This document shows positions 1 through 10,008 of a DNA stretch of 64,000 nucleotides, piece by piece. The stretch's first letter is position 1. Every line of letters starts with the position of its first letter. Position numbers and translations under genes: made by a program. Source of the DNA: Lachnoclostridium sp. UBA7215 (GTDB lineage Bacteria > Bacillota > Clostridia > Lachnospirales > Lachnospiraceae); NCBI GenBank assembly GCA_002490465.1, contig DKUB01000061.1, positions 15,602 to 79,601 on the forward strand. Reading direction: 5' to 3'. The notes under the pieces were generated by a model. The model had not been told where the DNA came from and searched no databases. It worked only from the letters and a program-made list of their open reading frames with translations.

Positions 1-466
1 CCAGCCTATCCCGGATATCCTCCATCAGCTTTTCCTTATCCAGTCCCGGCTGGTCCATCTTGTTGACAAAAATAAAGACGGGAATCTGATAATGCGCCAG
101 AAGCCTCCAGAGCGTCTCCGTGTGTCCCTGCACGCCGTCTGCGCCGCTAATCAGCAAAATGGCATAGTCAAGAACCTGTAACGTCCTCTCCATTTCCGCC
201 GAAAAGTCAACGTGGCCCGGTGTATCCAAAAGAGTAATATCCATCCCGTCAAGAGAAAGCACCGCCTGTTTGGAAAAAATCGTAATGCCCCGCTCCCTCT
301 CCAAATCATAAGTGTCCAAAAAGGAATCTCCTGCGTCCACACGGCCCAGACGCCGGATTTTACCCGCCGCATACAAAAGCCCCTCCGACAAAGTCGTCTT
401 CCCTGCGTCCACATTCGCCAACAGCGCCGCACAGACGTTTTTTCTGCACTTTGGTGTATCCTTCAA
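1..466 (-). CDS. EF-G/TetM-like translational GTPase, N-terminal part (runs off the window's left edge)
   Basis: Not in the ORF track. Manual translation from TTG at 466 gives ...LLANVDAGKTTLSE...ERERGITIFSKQ...LLDTPGHVDFSAEMER...FVNKMD, i.e. G1-G4 motifs. Purine-rich RBS upstream. Confidence 0.9.
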   Translation of the reverse strand, partial: MKDTPKCRKNVCAALLANVDAGKTTLSEGLLYAAGKIRRLGRVDAGDSFLDTYDLERERGITIFSKQAVLSLDGMDITLLDTPGHVDFSAEMERTLQVLDYAILLISGADGVQGHTETLWRLLAHYQIPVFIFVNKMDQPGLDKEKLMEDIRDRL

Positions 467-560
467 AAAAATTGCCCCTTTCTTCGTCATAATAAATATT
501 ATAACAAAGAAAGGGACATCCGTCGATAAATCTTTCTCGAATTTTCCTGTACTCTTTCCA

Positions 561-893
561 TCAAACCGCTCTTTCGTTCTGCCTGTTCAGATACATATCG
601 TATAAAAAAACAAGGGCAATGGGCAAAAGACACCCTGCAAAAAGTCCAATAACAGCTGCTACATAATTTTTCACATAGATAAAACACAACAGAAACAAAA
701 GCAGCATGACAGCCTGGGAAACACCGTAAAGAACCCGTATTCTCAAAAAGGTTTTTTCATCCTTTGCCTCTTCCATTGCCGGAGGATTAAATAAATATCC
801 TTTTTTCCGGAATATGCTCTGTAATATGTTCACTAGCATCAAAATAATTCCTACAGTATAAATTGCTATATAACTTCCATGTATTCCTGCCAT
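561..893 (-). CDS. Hypothetical membrane protein (about 3 TM)
   Basis: 110 aa ORF with hydrophobic segments; GGAAGGGG RBS upstream. Confidence 0.7.
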   Translation of the reverse strand: MAGIHGSYIAIYTVGIILMLVNILQSIFRKKGYLFNPPAMEEAKDEKTFLRIRVLYGVSQAVMLLLFLLCFIYVKNYVAAVIGLFAGCLLPIALVFLYDMYLNRQNERAV

Positions 894-951
894 ACGTCAT
901 TCCCCCTTCCGCTATTATCATTATACTATACATTATGATTATACGTCAATA

Positions 952-1695
952 TTACTTATGATTCAGAATCCGCTCCGCCTGCTCTTCCGTAATCCTGTCA
1001 CAGTTTTCCATTTTCTTTAGAACAAGAGACATTCTCTTTCTGGCAAGCTCCATACTGGCGTCAGGGGAGTAATTAGACGGCGCGTTGGGAATACCCGCGA
1101 GCATAACCGCTTCGTAATCCGTAAGTTTGGATGGCTCTTTTCCAAAATATCCTTTTGCCGCATCATAAATCCCGTAATAACCGCTTCCAAAGTAAATTGT
1201 ATTTACATATAGCTCAAATATCTCCTTCTTACTATAATCCCTCTCCAGTGCAAAGGCCGCAAAAATCTCTGCGAACTTCCGCTCCATTTTCTTTTCCTGT
1301 GTAAACAATTCATTTTTCGCAATCTGCTGCGTAATTGTGCTCCCCCCTTCCTTAAAGGACAATGTTGTTATATCCGTTAATACGGCTCTCCCTATCGCCA
1401 GCGGATCTATGCCGGGATGGGAGAAAAACCGTTTATCCTCTGCGGAAATAACAGCATCAATATAAATAGGAGGCAGCTCTTCGTACTTGATAAAGTGTTC
1501 CCTCTCACGGATTGTACTGACAGTTTCTGAAACAGGCGTATTCTTTACGGCATCCTGATACATCTGATATCCTTTATAACTGTAAAAAATCACAACGACA
1601 GTAAAAATAAGGATAAGTACTGTAAAAACACGGAGCGCAATTTTTAAACTGCGCCGTAATTTCTTTCTCATAAAATCCGTCTCCTTTCGTATCAT
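952..1695 (-). CDS. Monofunctional peptidoglycan transglycosylase (GT51)
   Basis: N-terminal TM, then EDKRFFSHPG, GGSTITQQIAKN, RKFAE, KKEIFELYVN motifs; no transpeptidase domain. Confidence 0.92.
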   Translation of the reverse strand: MIRKETDFMRKKLRRSLKIALRVFTVLILIFTVVVIFYSYKGYQMYQDAVKNTPVSETVSTIREREHFIKYEELPPIYIDAVISAEDKRFFSHPGIDPLAIGRAVLTDITTLSFKEGGSTITQQIAKNELFTQEKKMERKFAEIFAAFALERDYSKKEIFELYVNTIYFGSGYYGIYDAAKGYFGKEPSKLTDYEAVMLAGIPNAPSNYSPDASMELARKRMSLVLKKMENCDRITEEQAERILNHK

Positions 1696-1696
1696 T

Positions 1697-1858
1697 TTAT
1701 CTTAAATGTGAAAACATAAACTCAATCCCCTGAAACAAAAAATCCAAAACGAACATAAGAAATCCGGCAACCATAAACACGCTTCCAAAAATCATGCCGC
1801 TAATCCCGAGAAGAAAATTGTATATAATCTTTTTCAGACAGGGAAAACGCTCTTCCAT
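1697..1858 (-). CDS. Small hydrophobic protein, 53 aa (MEERFPCLKKIIYNFLLGISGMIFGSVFMVAGFLMFVLDFLFQGIEFMFSHLR)
   Basis: Below the ORF-track cutoff. Intact ORF, purine-rich RBS, stop 2 nt before the GT51 start. Confidence 0.6.
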   Translation of the reverse strand: MEERFPCLKKIIYNFLLGISGMIFGSVFMVAGFLMFVLDFLFQGIEFMFSHLR

Positions 1859-1883
1859 TCTCCTTTCACCCCCTTTTACCCTG

Positions 1884-1938
1884 ATTATATAACGGATAAC
1901 TTACAGTATGGTGACTCTAAGATTACGTTTTTGTCACG
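1884..1938 (-). promoter_or_regulatory. -10 TATAAT preceded by four 11-bp-period direct repeats (OmpR/PhoB-type binding boxes)
   Basis: Minus strand reads cGTGAc-N5-cGTAAt-N5-aGTCAc-N5-tGTAAg, then TATAAT at 1889-1884; no good -35. Confidence 0.55.
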
Positions 1939-2060
1939 TTAGGGGATTTTTTATATTTGTAAGATAATTATAGCACATTTACCACTGCTATGGTACAATA
2001 GAAACACGGGGCGCGTTTCACTTTGCCTTCGCAGGAATAATCTCGGTACAGGAGGAACAT

Positions 2061-3461
2061 ATGGTTTTCGGAAAAAATATAAACAGCCCCCAAAAAGGTC
2101 TGAACATCATCATTGTTGGCTGTGGGAAGGTTGGTGCCACCCTCGTGGAACAGCTTTCCAGGGAAGGGCATGATATTACTATGATTGACCAGCACCCTTC
2201 AAGAATCCAGGAAATTACCGGACAATACGATATCATGGGGATTACCGGAAATGGGGCGAGCCACAGCATACAACTGGAGGCTGGAATTGAACAGGCAGAT
2301 TTACTTATTGCCGTAACCGATTCAGATGAACTCAATCTCCTTTGCTGCATTATCGCCAAACAGGTCGGAGATGACTGCGCCACAATCGCGCGCGTACGCA
2401 CCCCGGATTACAGTATCGAGGTGGGATATCTGCGTGAAAAACTCGGACTCACAATGGTCATCAATCCAGAACTGGAAGCAGCCAGGGAAACCTCGCGCAT
2501 TCTTTTTCTGCCAGCAGCACTGGAAGTCAACTCCTTTGCCCACGGCCAGGCGGATATCATTAAATTCCGCATTCCCGAAAACAATATTCTGGACGGCATT
2601 TCGATTGCTGAACTGGGACAGTCTATCACGCAGGATGTTCTTGTATGTGCTGTGGAGCGGGACGGAGAGGTCACAATTCCGAGCGGCAGTTTTCAGCTTC
2701 TGGCAAAAGATACCGTCTCTTTCGTTGTTTCCCGCAAGAAAATCCATAACTTTTTAAAAAGCATTGATATAAAAACAAAGCAAGTAAAAAACACACTCAT
2801 TGTCGGCGGGGGACGCTCTGCCTACTATCTTGCAACGCATCTGATAAAAATGGGAATTGATGTGCGCATCATTGAGCGAAATACAAAACGCTGTGAAGAA
2901 CTGAGCATCCTGCTGCCAAAGGCAACTATCATCAACGGAGATGGCAGTGATCAGGATATATTAAACCAGGAAAACCTGAAAAATATCGAATCCTTCGTCC
3001 CGCTGACCGGCATTGATGAAGAAAATATTATGCTGACTCTCCATGCCAGGCAGATTTCCAATGCGAAGGTAATTACAAAAATAAACCGGAGTGTATTCAA
3101 AAACGTAATAAACAGTCTTGATCTTGGCAGCGTCATATACCCGCGTTATATTACATCAGAGGCGATTATTGCCTATGTGCGCGCCAAGAAAAATTCTATG
3201 GACAGCAATATTGAGACTCTGTACCATATGTTTGACCACCGGGCGGAAGCCATTGAATTTCTCGTAGACGAACCGTCCAATGTAACTGACGTTCCCCTGA
3301 TGAACCTGAATCTCAAAGAAAATCTGCTTGTCTGTTGTATATACCGCAACGGCAGGGTCATTATACCAGGCGGACAGGACTGCATACGGACAGGAGATGC
3401 CGTAATGATTGTTACCACACATACCGGATTCCGGGATATTGCTGATATATTGAAAGGATAA
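2061..3461 (+). CDS. trkA: Trk potassium uptake NAD-binding subunit
   Basis: Two RCK_N/RCK_C pairs with IIVGCGKVG and LIVGGGRSA; adjacent to trkH. Confidence 0.95.
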   Translation: MVFGKNINSPQKGLNIIIVGCGKVGATLVEQLSREGHDITMIDQHPSRIQEITGQYDIMGITGNGASHSIQLEAGIEQADLLIAVTDSDELNLLCCIIAKQVGDDCATIARVRTPDYSIEVGYLREKLGLTMVINPELEAARETSRILFLPAALEVNSFAHGQADIIKFRIPENNILDGISIAELGQSITQDVLVCAVERDGEVTIPSGSFQLLAKDTVSFVVSRKKIHNFLKSIDIKTKQVKNTLIVGGGRSAYYLATHLIKMGIDVRIIERNTKRCEELSILLPKATIINGDGSDQDILNQENLKNIESFVPLTGIDEENIMLTLHARQISNAKVITKINRSVFKNVINSLDLGSVIYPRYITSEAIIAYVRAKKNSMDSNIETLYHMFDHRAEAIEFLVDEPSNVTDVPLMNLNLKENLLVCCIYRNGRVIIPGGQDCIRTGDAVMIVTTHTGFRDIADILKG

Positions 3462-3469
3462 AAGTTATT

Positions 3470-4951
3470 ATGAATAGTTCCATGATCCGCTTTATTTTAG
3501 GGACCATTTTAAAAACAGAAGCAGTTCTTCTTTTTCTTCCGTGTATTGCCGCTGTGGCTTATGGTGAAAAACAGGGATTTGCTTATGCCTTTACTGCGTT
3601 CATCTGCGCCCTGACAGGAGTCCTGCTCTCCCCAAGGAAACCCAAAAACACCGTATTTTACTTAAAGGAAGGCTGTGTAGCTACTGCGCTCAGTTGGATT
3701 TTACTCAGTCTTTTTGGCTGCCTTCCCTTTCTTATCACGAGAGAAATCCCATCTCTCACAGACGCTCTTTTTGAAACGGTATCCGGTTTTACAACAACAG
3801 GTGCAAGCATTCTCTCCGATGTAGAAGCACTGTCCTATACGTCCCTCTTCTGGCGCAGCTTTACTCACTGGATTGGCGGAATGGGTGTACTTGTATTTAT
3901 TCTGGCTGTTATTCCAATGAGCGGAGGTTCCCACATTAACCTAATGCGCGCAGAAAGCCCCGGCCCCTCTGTCGGCAAGCTTGTACCAAAAATAAAATCG
4001 ACCGCACGCATATTATATCTTATTTATCTCGGCATGACGCTGTTGGAGATCCTGCTCCTGCTCATCTTAAAAATGCCACTTTTTGATTCTATCACACTTT
4101 CCTTTGGCACAGCCGGCACGGGCGGATTCGGAATAAAAAACAGCAGCATTGGCGATTACAGTGCCAGCCAGCAATGGGTTATCACTATATTTATGATCTT
4201 ATTCGGCGTAAATTTTAATGCCTTTTACCTGATCGTATTCGGAAAAATAAAAAAGGCGCTCCGCATGGAGGAAGTCCGCTATTATTTCCTCATCATACTG
4301 GCCGCCATCGGTATTATTTTCTTTAATCTTTGGAACTCCGCTATGGGAGCTGTGGACGCCTTGCGCCATGCTTCCTTTCAAGTCGCCTCGATTATCACTA
4401 CTACCGGCTATTCCACGGTAGATTTCAATGCATGGTCCCAGACATGCAAGGCTGTTCTTGTCCTGCTGATGTTTATTGGCGCCTGCGCGGGAAGCACGGG
4501 CGGCGGTATTAAAGTATCGCGTATTGTCATACTGATTAAAACCGTAATCAAGGAATTAAATTCCTATATCCATCCGAAGAGCATAAAAAAAATTTATTTT
4601 GAACACAAGCCGGTAGAACACGAAGTTGTCCGCTCCACCAACGTCTATTTAATTACATTTGTAACGTTATTTTCGGCATCACTTCTGCTCATCTCCTTTG
4701 ACGGGCAGGATTTGGTGACGGCGTTTACTGCCGTTGCCGCCACCATAAACAACATTGGGCCCGGCCTGAACAATGTCGGCCCAGCCTGTAACTTCGGAAT
4801 TTTCTCAAACCTTTCCAAATGGGTCCTTATTTTTGATATGTTGGCCGGAAGACTGGAACTTTTTCCGCTTCTCATCCTCTTCCACCCTCATATCTGGCGC
4901 GATTTTATAGAACAAAAACTGAAAAAGCACCGCCGGACAAACCGGTTTTAA
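3470..4951 (+). CDS. trkH: Trk potassium uptake membrane protein
   Basis: FETVSGFTTTGAS, SIITTTGY, GSTGGGIK, NNIGPGL, GRLELF motifs. Confidence 0.95.
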   Translation: MNSSMIRFILGTILKTEAVLLFLPCIAAVAYGEKQGFAYAFTAFICALTGVLLSPRKPKNTVFYLKEGCVATALSWILLSLFGCLPFLITREIPSLTDALFETVSGFTTTGASILSDVEALSYTSLFWRSFTHWIGGMGVLVFILAVIPMSGGSHINLMRAESPGPSVGKLVPKIKSTARILYLIYLGMTLLEILLLLILKMPLFDSITLSFGTAGTGGFGIKNSSIGDYSASQQWVITIFMILFGVNFNAFYLIVFGKIKKALRMEEVRYYFLIILAAIGIIFFNLWNSAMGAVDALRHASFQVASIITTTGYSTVDFNAWSQTCKAVLVLLMFIGACAGSTGGGIKVSRIVILIKTVIKELNSYIHPKSIKKIYFEHKPVEHEVVRSTNVYLITFVTLFSASLLLISFDGQDLVTAFTAVAATINNIGPGLNNVGPACNFGIFSNLSKWVLIFDMLAGRLELFPLLILFHPHIWRDFIEQKLKKHRRTNRF

Positions 4952-6234
4952 TGAATGGCTTCCAATGCCTGCGCAAGATCGGAAATCAAATCCTCCTTAT
5001 CCTCCAGGCCGCAGGACATACGAATAAGGCCTGCCGGAATACCTGCAGCCATAAGCTGTTCATCATTTAACTGGCGATGAGTGGATGTCGCCGGATTCAG
5101 GCAGCATGTCCTGGCGTCCGCAACATGTGTCTCAATCGCTGCCAGTTTCAGTTCTTTCATAAAGGCCTCTGCCGCCTTTCGTCCCCCTTTCAATTCGAAG
5201 GACACGACACCGCATCCCCCATTCGGCATATACTTCCTGGATAATTCATAATATGCATCCCCTTCCAGCCCTGGATAGCTCACATGGGAAACCTTATTAT
5301 GATTCTTTAGGAATTGCGCAACTGCCTGGCCATTCTCTACATGGCGCGGCATACGAACATGAAGCGATTCCAGTCCAAGATTCAATATATAAGCATTTTG
5401 CGGGGATTGAATACAGCCAAGATCACGCATAAGCTGTGCCGTACATTTCGTAATAAACGCCCCTTCCTGTCCAAATTTTTCAGCGTAAGTGATACCGTGA
5501 TAGGAATCGTCCGGCGTACACAGACCTGGGAATTTATCAGCATGAGCCATCCAGTCAAATTTCCCGGAATCCACAATAGCACCGCCAACTGCCGCTCCGT
5601 GTCCATCCATATACTTTGTAGTAGAATGGGTCACAATATCAGCTCCCCATTCCACAGGCCGGCAATTCACCGGTGTCGGGAAAGTATTGTCAACAATCAG
5701 CGGCACCCCATGGCTGTGAGCCGCTTTGGCAAACTTCTCAATATCTAACACAGTAAGGGCGGGGTTCGCTATCGTCTCCCCAAAAACTGCCCTTGTATTA
5801 TCCTGAAACGCAGCGCAAAGTTCTTCCTCTGAACAGTCCGGTGAAACAAACGTCACATCAATGCCCATCTTTTTCATTGTCACATCAATCAAGTTAAAAG
5901 TCCCGCCATAAATAGATGAGGAAGATACTATATGGCTTCCGCACGGACATATATTAAACAGCGCAAAGAAATTAGCCGCCTGCCCGGAAGAGGTGAGCAT
6001 CGCTGCCGTTCCGCCTTCCAATTCCGCAATCTTTGCTGCCACATAATCATTCGTCGGATTTTGAAGTCTTGTATAAAAATACCCCTCTGCTTCTAAATCA
6101 AACAGTTTTCCCATGTCCTCGCTTGTATTGTACTTAAACGTTGTAGACTGAATAATAGGAATTTGCCGGGGTTCTCCATTTCCGGGCGTATATCCCCCCT
6201 GTACACATTTTGTATTTATTTTATAATCGCTCAT
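4948..6234 (-). CDS. metY: O-acetylhomoserine sulfhydrylase / aminocarboxypropyltransferase
   Basis: YTRLQNPT, IVDNT, HSTTKYMDGHG (PLP lysine); start set at MSDYK from GGAGG spacing. Confidence 0.92.
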   Translation of the reverse strand: MSDYKINTKCVQGGYTPGNGEPRQIPIIQSTTFKYNTSEDMGKLFDLEAEGYFYTRLQNPTNDYVAAKIAELEGGTAAMLTSSGQAANFFALFNICPCGSHIVSSSSIYGGTFNLIDVTMKKMGIDVTFVSPDCSEEELCAAFQDNTRAVFGETIANPALTVLDIEKFAKAAHSHGVPLIVDNTFPTPVNCRPVEWGADIVTHSTTKYMDGHGAAVGGAIVDSGKFDWMAHADKFPGLCTPDDSYHGITYAEKFGQEGAFITKCTAQLMRDLGCIQSPQNAYILNLGLESLHVRMPRHVENGQAVAQFLKNHNKVSHVSYPGLEGDAYYELSRKYMPNGGCGVVSFELKGGRKAAEAFMKELKLAAIETHVADARTCCLNPATSTHRQLNDEQLMAAGIPAGLIRMSCGLEDKEDLISDLAQALEAIH

Positions 6235-6430
6235 TTTCATCCTCCATTCCTTTTTAAATTTCATATAAAAACTTTTTTCATTATACATAATTCATCTGCA
6301 TTTTGCAAATTTATCTTTTGCTGCATACCGTTAAAACAAAGGTAAATATATCAACAAAGCATGCATAATGTATCATTGTTTACCAAAACTGAATTTGTTA
6401 TAATATTAAAAAAATTGAGGAGGTAAATTT

Positions 6431-8866
6431 ATGTTACATAAAAACATGAAAAAAGCGCTGTCCCTTGCTTCTATTCTGGCATTTACATTTACTGGAATCG
6501 TAGCGCCCTGGGGAACAGACAGTGCGCAGGCTGCAAAAAAAGCAAGCCTGAAAACAAAAAAAATTACAGTTAAAGCCGGACAATCAAAAAAAATTGTCAT
6601 TAACGGAAAAGCCAAAAAAGCTACATATGCCTTTAAGAGCAATAAGAAAAAGGTTGCATCCGTGAACAAAAATGGGCTTGTAAAGGGGATAAAGGCCGGC
6701 AAAGCAACTATCACAGTGACAGAAAAGATTAAAAAGAAAAAGAGAACATTGGGCAAAGTAGCAGTCACTGTAAAAAAAGTTTCCAAACCGAAAGTTACCC
6801 CTCAGGTAACGCCATCTAAAAAACCGGATGTTACGCCAGAGGCTACACCAGATACGACGCCGACTATTATGCCGGACATTACACCGTCTGCTAAACCGGG
6901 CGATACTCCCGAACCACCGGCAGAGACAAAAAAACCAACGACGGAGGTACTTGTTTTGGAAGGCGAACAGTTAAAACCAACAACAGAAGATGACCGCACA
7001 AACGGCCAGTATACTTTGAACGATGATGGTACCGTGGAGGTAAAAGCCGGTTGGAAATATTATGCACTGGCTTTTCCAGAGCCACTGAATCTGGCAAAAG
7101 TAAGGACCATCGAAATCGTGGGAAGCGCTTCTAATGACTATCGATTAAGTTTTGGAAATAAAGCTGGTGAATACTTTATTGATCATGACAACCTGGACAG
7201 CTGGACATATCCTTCAAAATTCAGTGGCAGCACAGTCATAGATCTTACCGCACAGAACCCTAATGGAGAGGCAGACTGGCTTTTCTTAGGCACGAAAACC
7301 GAAAACGAAGTAGTCTTTGATATTAAATCCATTACATTCACGCTCGGGAAACCTGCAAATGTAGAATATAACACGGATGGACTCACCGAGGCAGCAAAGG
7401 AAGTTGGTTACAATAACCCGATTGCCGCACAGCGCTTTTTAGCAGACCCGTACGCCATTGAATACAATGGCACAGTATATGTGTATGGCACAAACGACAG
7501 TAACCAGATGCGAATTGGAGAGGACGGGAAAATCCCGGCCAACAATGGTTATGAATATATCAACACCCTGAACTGCTACTCTTCCAAAGACATGGTAAAC
7601 TGGACTGACGAGGGAATTATCCCGGTAGCAGGCAAAAAAGGCCCCGCATCCTGGGCAAAGAACAGTTGGGCGCCAGCCGTTGCCTATAAAAATATTAACG
7701 GCAAAGATAAATTCTTCATCTATTTTGCCGATAACGGAAGCGGTATTGGCGTACTGGAAGGTGACAGTCCAACCGGTCCATTCCACGACCCCATCGGAAA
7801 ACAGTTAATCAGCCGTGACACACCAAACTGCTCCGGCTCCCAGGTACCATGGCTGTTTGACCCGGCCGTACTTGTTGATGATGACGGACAGGGATATCTG
7901 TATTTTGGCGGCATCGGCGAATCCGAGGACAGGGAACATCCAAAATGCATCCGTGTCGTAAAACTTGGCGATGATATGATAAGTCTCGCTGGAGACCCGG
8001 TAGAAATTGACGCTCCGGCGCCATTCGAGGATTCCGGCATCAATAAAATTGACGGCAAATACTATTACAGTTATTGTACCAATTTCAATGTTGGCACAAC
8101 AACAAAAGAACTGGGAACTGCAAGCATTGCCTACATGGTAAGCGATAGTCCAATGGGTCCATGGTCCGAGGCAAAATGCGTACTGAAGAGCCCGGGAACA
8201 TACTTTAACAAACTGCCAAATAACAGTTTGAATAACAATCACCATTGTATGCTGCAGCGGGGCGATAAACTTTATATGTTCTATCACTCACAAAAGACAG
8301 CAGCGGACATGGGAATCAGCGGATACCGTACAACCGGCGTCAGCCTTGTGGAAAAAGATAAAGATGGAAACCTGACATCAAAAATGGATATGGAAGGCGT
8401 TCCAGGCGATAAGGACTTTAACCCGTATGACGTTGTAGAGGCAGAAACCTTTGCCTGGTCAGAGGGAACTTCTACGATTGTCGGCCCAGACCAGGGCAAT
8501 ACGAGAAACAACCGTGTTTTGTCCTCCATCAGCAAAAACGACTATGTAGGACTTGACCGCGTTGCCTTTGGCGAAGATGGCGCACAGTCTGTTATGATGC
8601 GGATTGCCAGTGATTCTGCAGAAAAAGCTGAGGGCACAATAGAAATTTATATTGACAGTATGAAAGCAGCTTTTAAAATTGGTGAGGTATCTGTATCGGC
8701 TGATTCCGACTTCAAATACATATCTGCTGCTCTGACAAAAAAAGTAACTGGAACACATAAACTGTTCTTTAAATTTAATATCAAAGGAATCTTAGTCGAC
8801 ACATGGATGTTTTCTAAGGACGCTGAGCCGAAAGAACCAGCCACACCGGCACCAGCTGAAAAATAA
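6431..8866 (+). CDS. Secreted GH43 arabinoxylan arabinofuranohydrolase (XynD-like): Ig-like domain, PT linker, GH43, C-terminal CBM6
   Basis: Signal peptide; ADPYA, NSWAPAV, LFDPAVLVDDDG, PFEDSG, NNHH GH43 motifs; VEAETF...THKLFFKF CBM6-like tail. Confidence 0.85.
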   Translation: MLHKNMKKALSLASILAFTFTGIVAPWGTDSAQAAKKASLKTKKITVKAGQSKKIVINGKAKKATYAFKSNKKKVASVNKNGLVKGIKAGKATITVTEKIKKKKRTLGKVAVTVKKVSKPKVTPQVTPSKKPDVTPEATPDTTPTIMPDITPSAKPGDTPEPPAETKKPTTEVLVLEGEQLKPTTEDDRTNGQYTLNDDGTVEVKAGWKYYALAFPEPLNLAKVRTIEIVGSASNDYRLSFGNKAGEYFIDHDNLDSWTYPSKFSGSTVIDLTAQNPNGEADWLFLGTKTENEVVFDIKSITFTLGKPANVEYNTDGLTEAAKEVGYNNPIAAQRFLADPYAIEYNGTVYVYGTNDSNQMRIGEDGKIPANNGYEYINTLNCYSSKDMVNWTDEGIIPVAGKKGPASWAKNSWAPAVAYKNINGKDKFFIYFADNGSGIGVLEGDSPTGPFHDPIGKQLISRDTPNCSGSQVPWLFDPAVLVDDDGQGYLYFGGIGESEDREHPKCIRVVKLGDDMISLAGDPVEIDAPAPFEDSGINKIDGKYYYSYCTNFNVGTTTKELGTASIAYMVSDSPMGPWSEAKCVLKSPGTYFNKLPNNSLNNNHHCMLQRGDKLYMFYHSQKTAADMGISGYRTTGVSLVEKDKDGNLTSKMDMEGVPGDKDFNPYDVVEAETFAWSEGTSTIVGPDQGNTRNNRVLSSISKNDYVGLDRVAFGEDGAQSVMMRIASDSAEKAEGTIEIYIDSMKAAFKIGEVSVSADSDFKYISAALTKKVTGTHKLFFKFNIKGILVDTWMFSKDAEPKEPATPAPAEK

Positions 8867-8872
8867 ATGGTT

Positions 8873-8901
8873 GTATATTTTTCCTGACATAGCACATACT
8901 A
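8873..8901 (+). promoter_or_regulatory. Putative sigma-G (forespore) promoter
   Basis: GTATA-N17-CATACTA upstream of the DUF3892 gene. Confidence 0.5.
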
Positions 8902-8932
8902 GAAAGGGCGCACAAAAACGTGCGCCCTTTCT
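8901..8932 (+). terminator. Hairpin terminator after the GH43 gene
   Basis: AGAAAGGGCGCAC-aaaaac-GTGCGCCCTTTCT, perfect 13 bp stem. Confidence 0.75.
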
Positions 8933-8962
8933 GAAAATATAGATTTAATGGAGGTATGCGCT

Positions 8963-9253
8963 GTGGATGAAAATTTAAGAACCGAACTGCCAAAATTAGC
9001 GCTTGACGAGATTCCCTCTCCCTCAAAAAATGCGGTAGAGATTACGGGCCTGGTAAAACACCGGGGACGCATTGAGGGATATCAGCTGTCTGATGAACGA
9101 ATCGTCAGCCGATCAGAAGGAGTGGCACTTGCCAGGGCCGGCGAAATCCGTGGTGTCGGCATTGCACACCGAAGAGACACGGAATATCTGAAATCTGTAC
9201 CGGACGGCAGCGAAGCCAATAACCTATCTTCTCTGCCAACGGTAAATGGATAA
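8963..9253 (+). CDS. DUF3892-family protein
   Basis: GYQLSD...GVALARAGEIRGV...YLKSVPDG...NNLSSLP pattern; GGAGGT RBS before GTG. Confidence 0.75.
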   Translation: MDENLRTELPKLALDEIPSPSKNAVEITGLVKHRGRIEGYQLSDERIVSRSEGVALARAGEIRGVGIAHRRDTEYLKSVPDGSEANNLSSLPTVNG

Positions 9254-9268
9254 ATATTTCACACGTAT

Positions 9269-9318
9269 AAAACAGCGATAAAGACGCCAATTATTTTAGC
9301 CCCTTTATCGCTGTTTTT
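9269..9318. terminator. Bidirectional terminator between convergent genes
   Basis: AAAACAGCGATAAAG ... CTTTATCGCTGTTTT inverted repeat. Confidence 0.75.
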
Positions 9319-9330
9319 CTGAATACAGAA

Positions 9331-10008
9331 CTACTGAAATGCCACAGAACTTTCTCCATCCTGAATCCTTATCTGTCTCTTTGTCACAGATGCCACTTTT
9401 TCATCGTGGGTAACGAGTAAAATCGTTTTTCCCTCCTCATTGATTTCGCAGAGCAGGGACATAAGCTCCTGCCCGGTTTTCTGGTCGAGCGCCCCAGTCG
9501 GCTCATCGGCAAGAAGGATATCCGCCTTTGTTACTAATGCCCTTGCAATCGCTGCCCTTTGCTGCTGGCCTCCGGATATCTGCGTTGGTTTTTTCTTCGC
9601 AAGATTCTCAATCCCGAGGCGTTCCATGTAATATTCGACACGCTCTTTTCTCTCCTTTTTGGAAAGCTTCTGGCACAGCAAGGGCAGCTCAACATTGTCA
9701 TAGACGTTATAATCATTTAACAAGGCGAACTGCTGGAAGATAAAGCTGACCATCCGGTTCCGTATCCGGCTTAACTGGTTGGGGGTGAATTTGCCCAGAT
9801 TTTTTCCTTTTAACAAGTAGTTTCCCGAGGTAGGAATGTCCATGCAGCCCAAGATATTGAGCAACGTGGATTTCCCTGAGCCGGACGGCCCCATAATAGC
9901 CCAGAACTCCCCCTGTTCAATTTTTAAATTTACATTGGTTAACGCTACGGTTTTGCTCTCCCCTTTTCCATATGTCTTATTGATATTCTGTAATTCAATC
10001 ATTGTCAT
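9331..10008 (-). CDS. ABC transporter ATP-binding protein (LolD/MacB type)
   Basis: GPSGSGKST, ISGGQQQR, LLADEPTGALD, VTHD. Confidence 0.95.
   Translation of the reverse strand: MTMIELQNINKTYGKGESKTVALTNVNLKIEQGEFWAIMGPSGSGKSTLLNILGCMDIPTSGNYLLKGKNLGKFTPNQLSRIRNRMVSFIFQQFALLNDYNVYDNVELPLLCQKLSKKERKERVEYYMERLGIENLAKKKPTQISGGQQQRAAIARALVTKADILLADEPTGALDQKTGQELMSLLCEINEEGKTILLVTHDEKVASVTKRQIRIQDGESSVAFQ

Noticed and set aside
1-466. Acquired tetracycline resistance gene (tetM/O/W)
   Set aside because: Only the GTPase N-terminus is visible. It diverges from the canonical MKIINIGILAHVDAGKTT and has no mobile context, so a chromosomal paralogue is more likely.
1980-2060. c-di-AMP riboswitch ahead of trkAH
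   Set aside because: The leader is too short and no ydaO-type motifs were seen.
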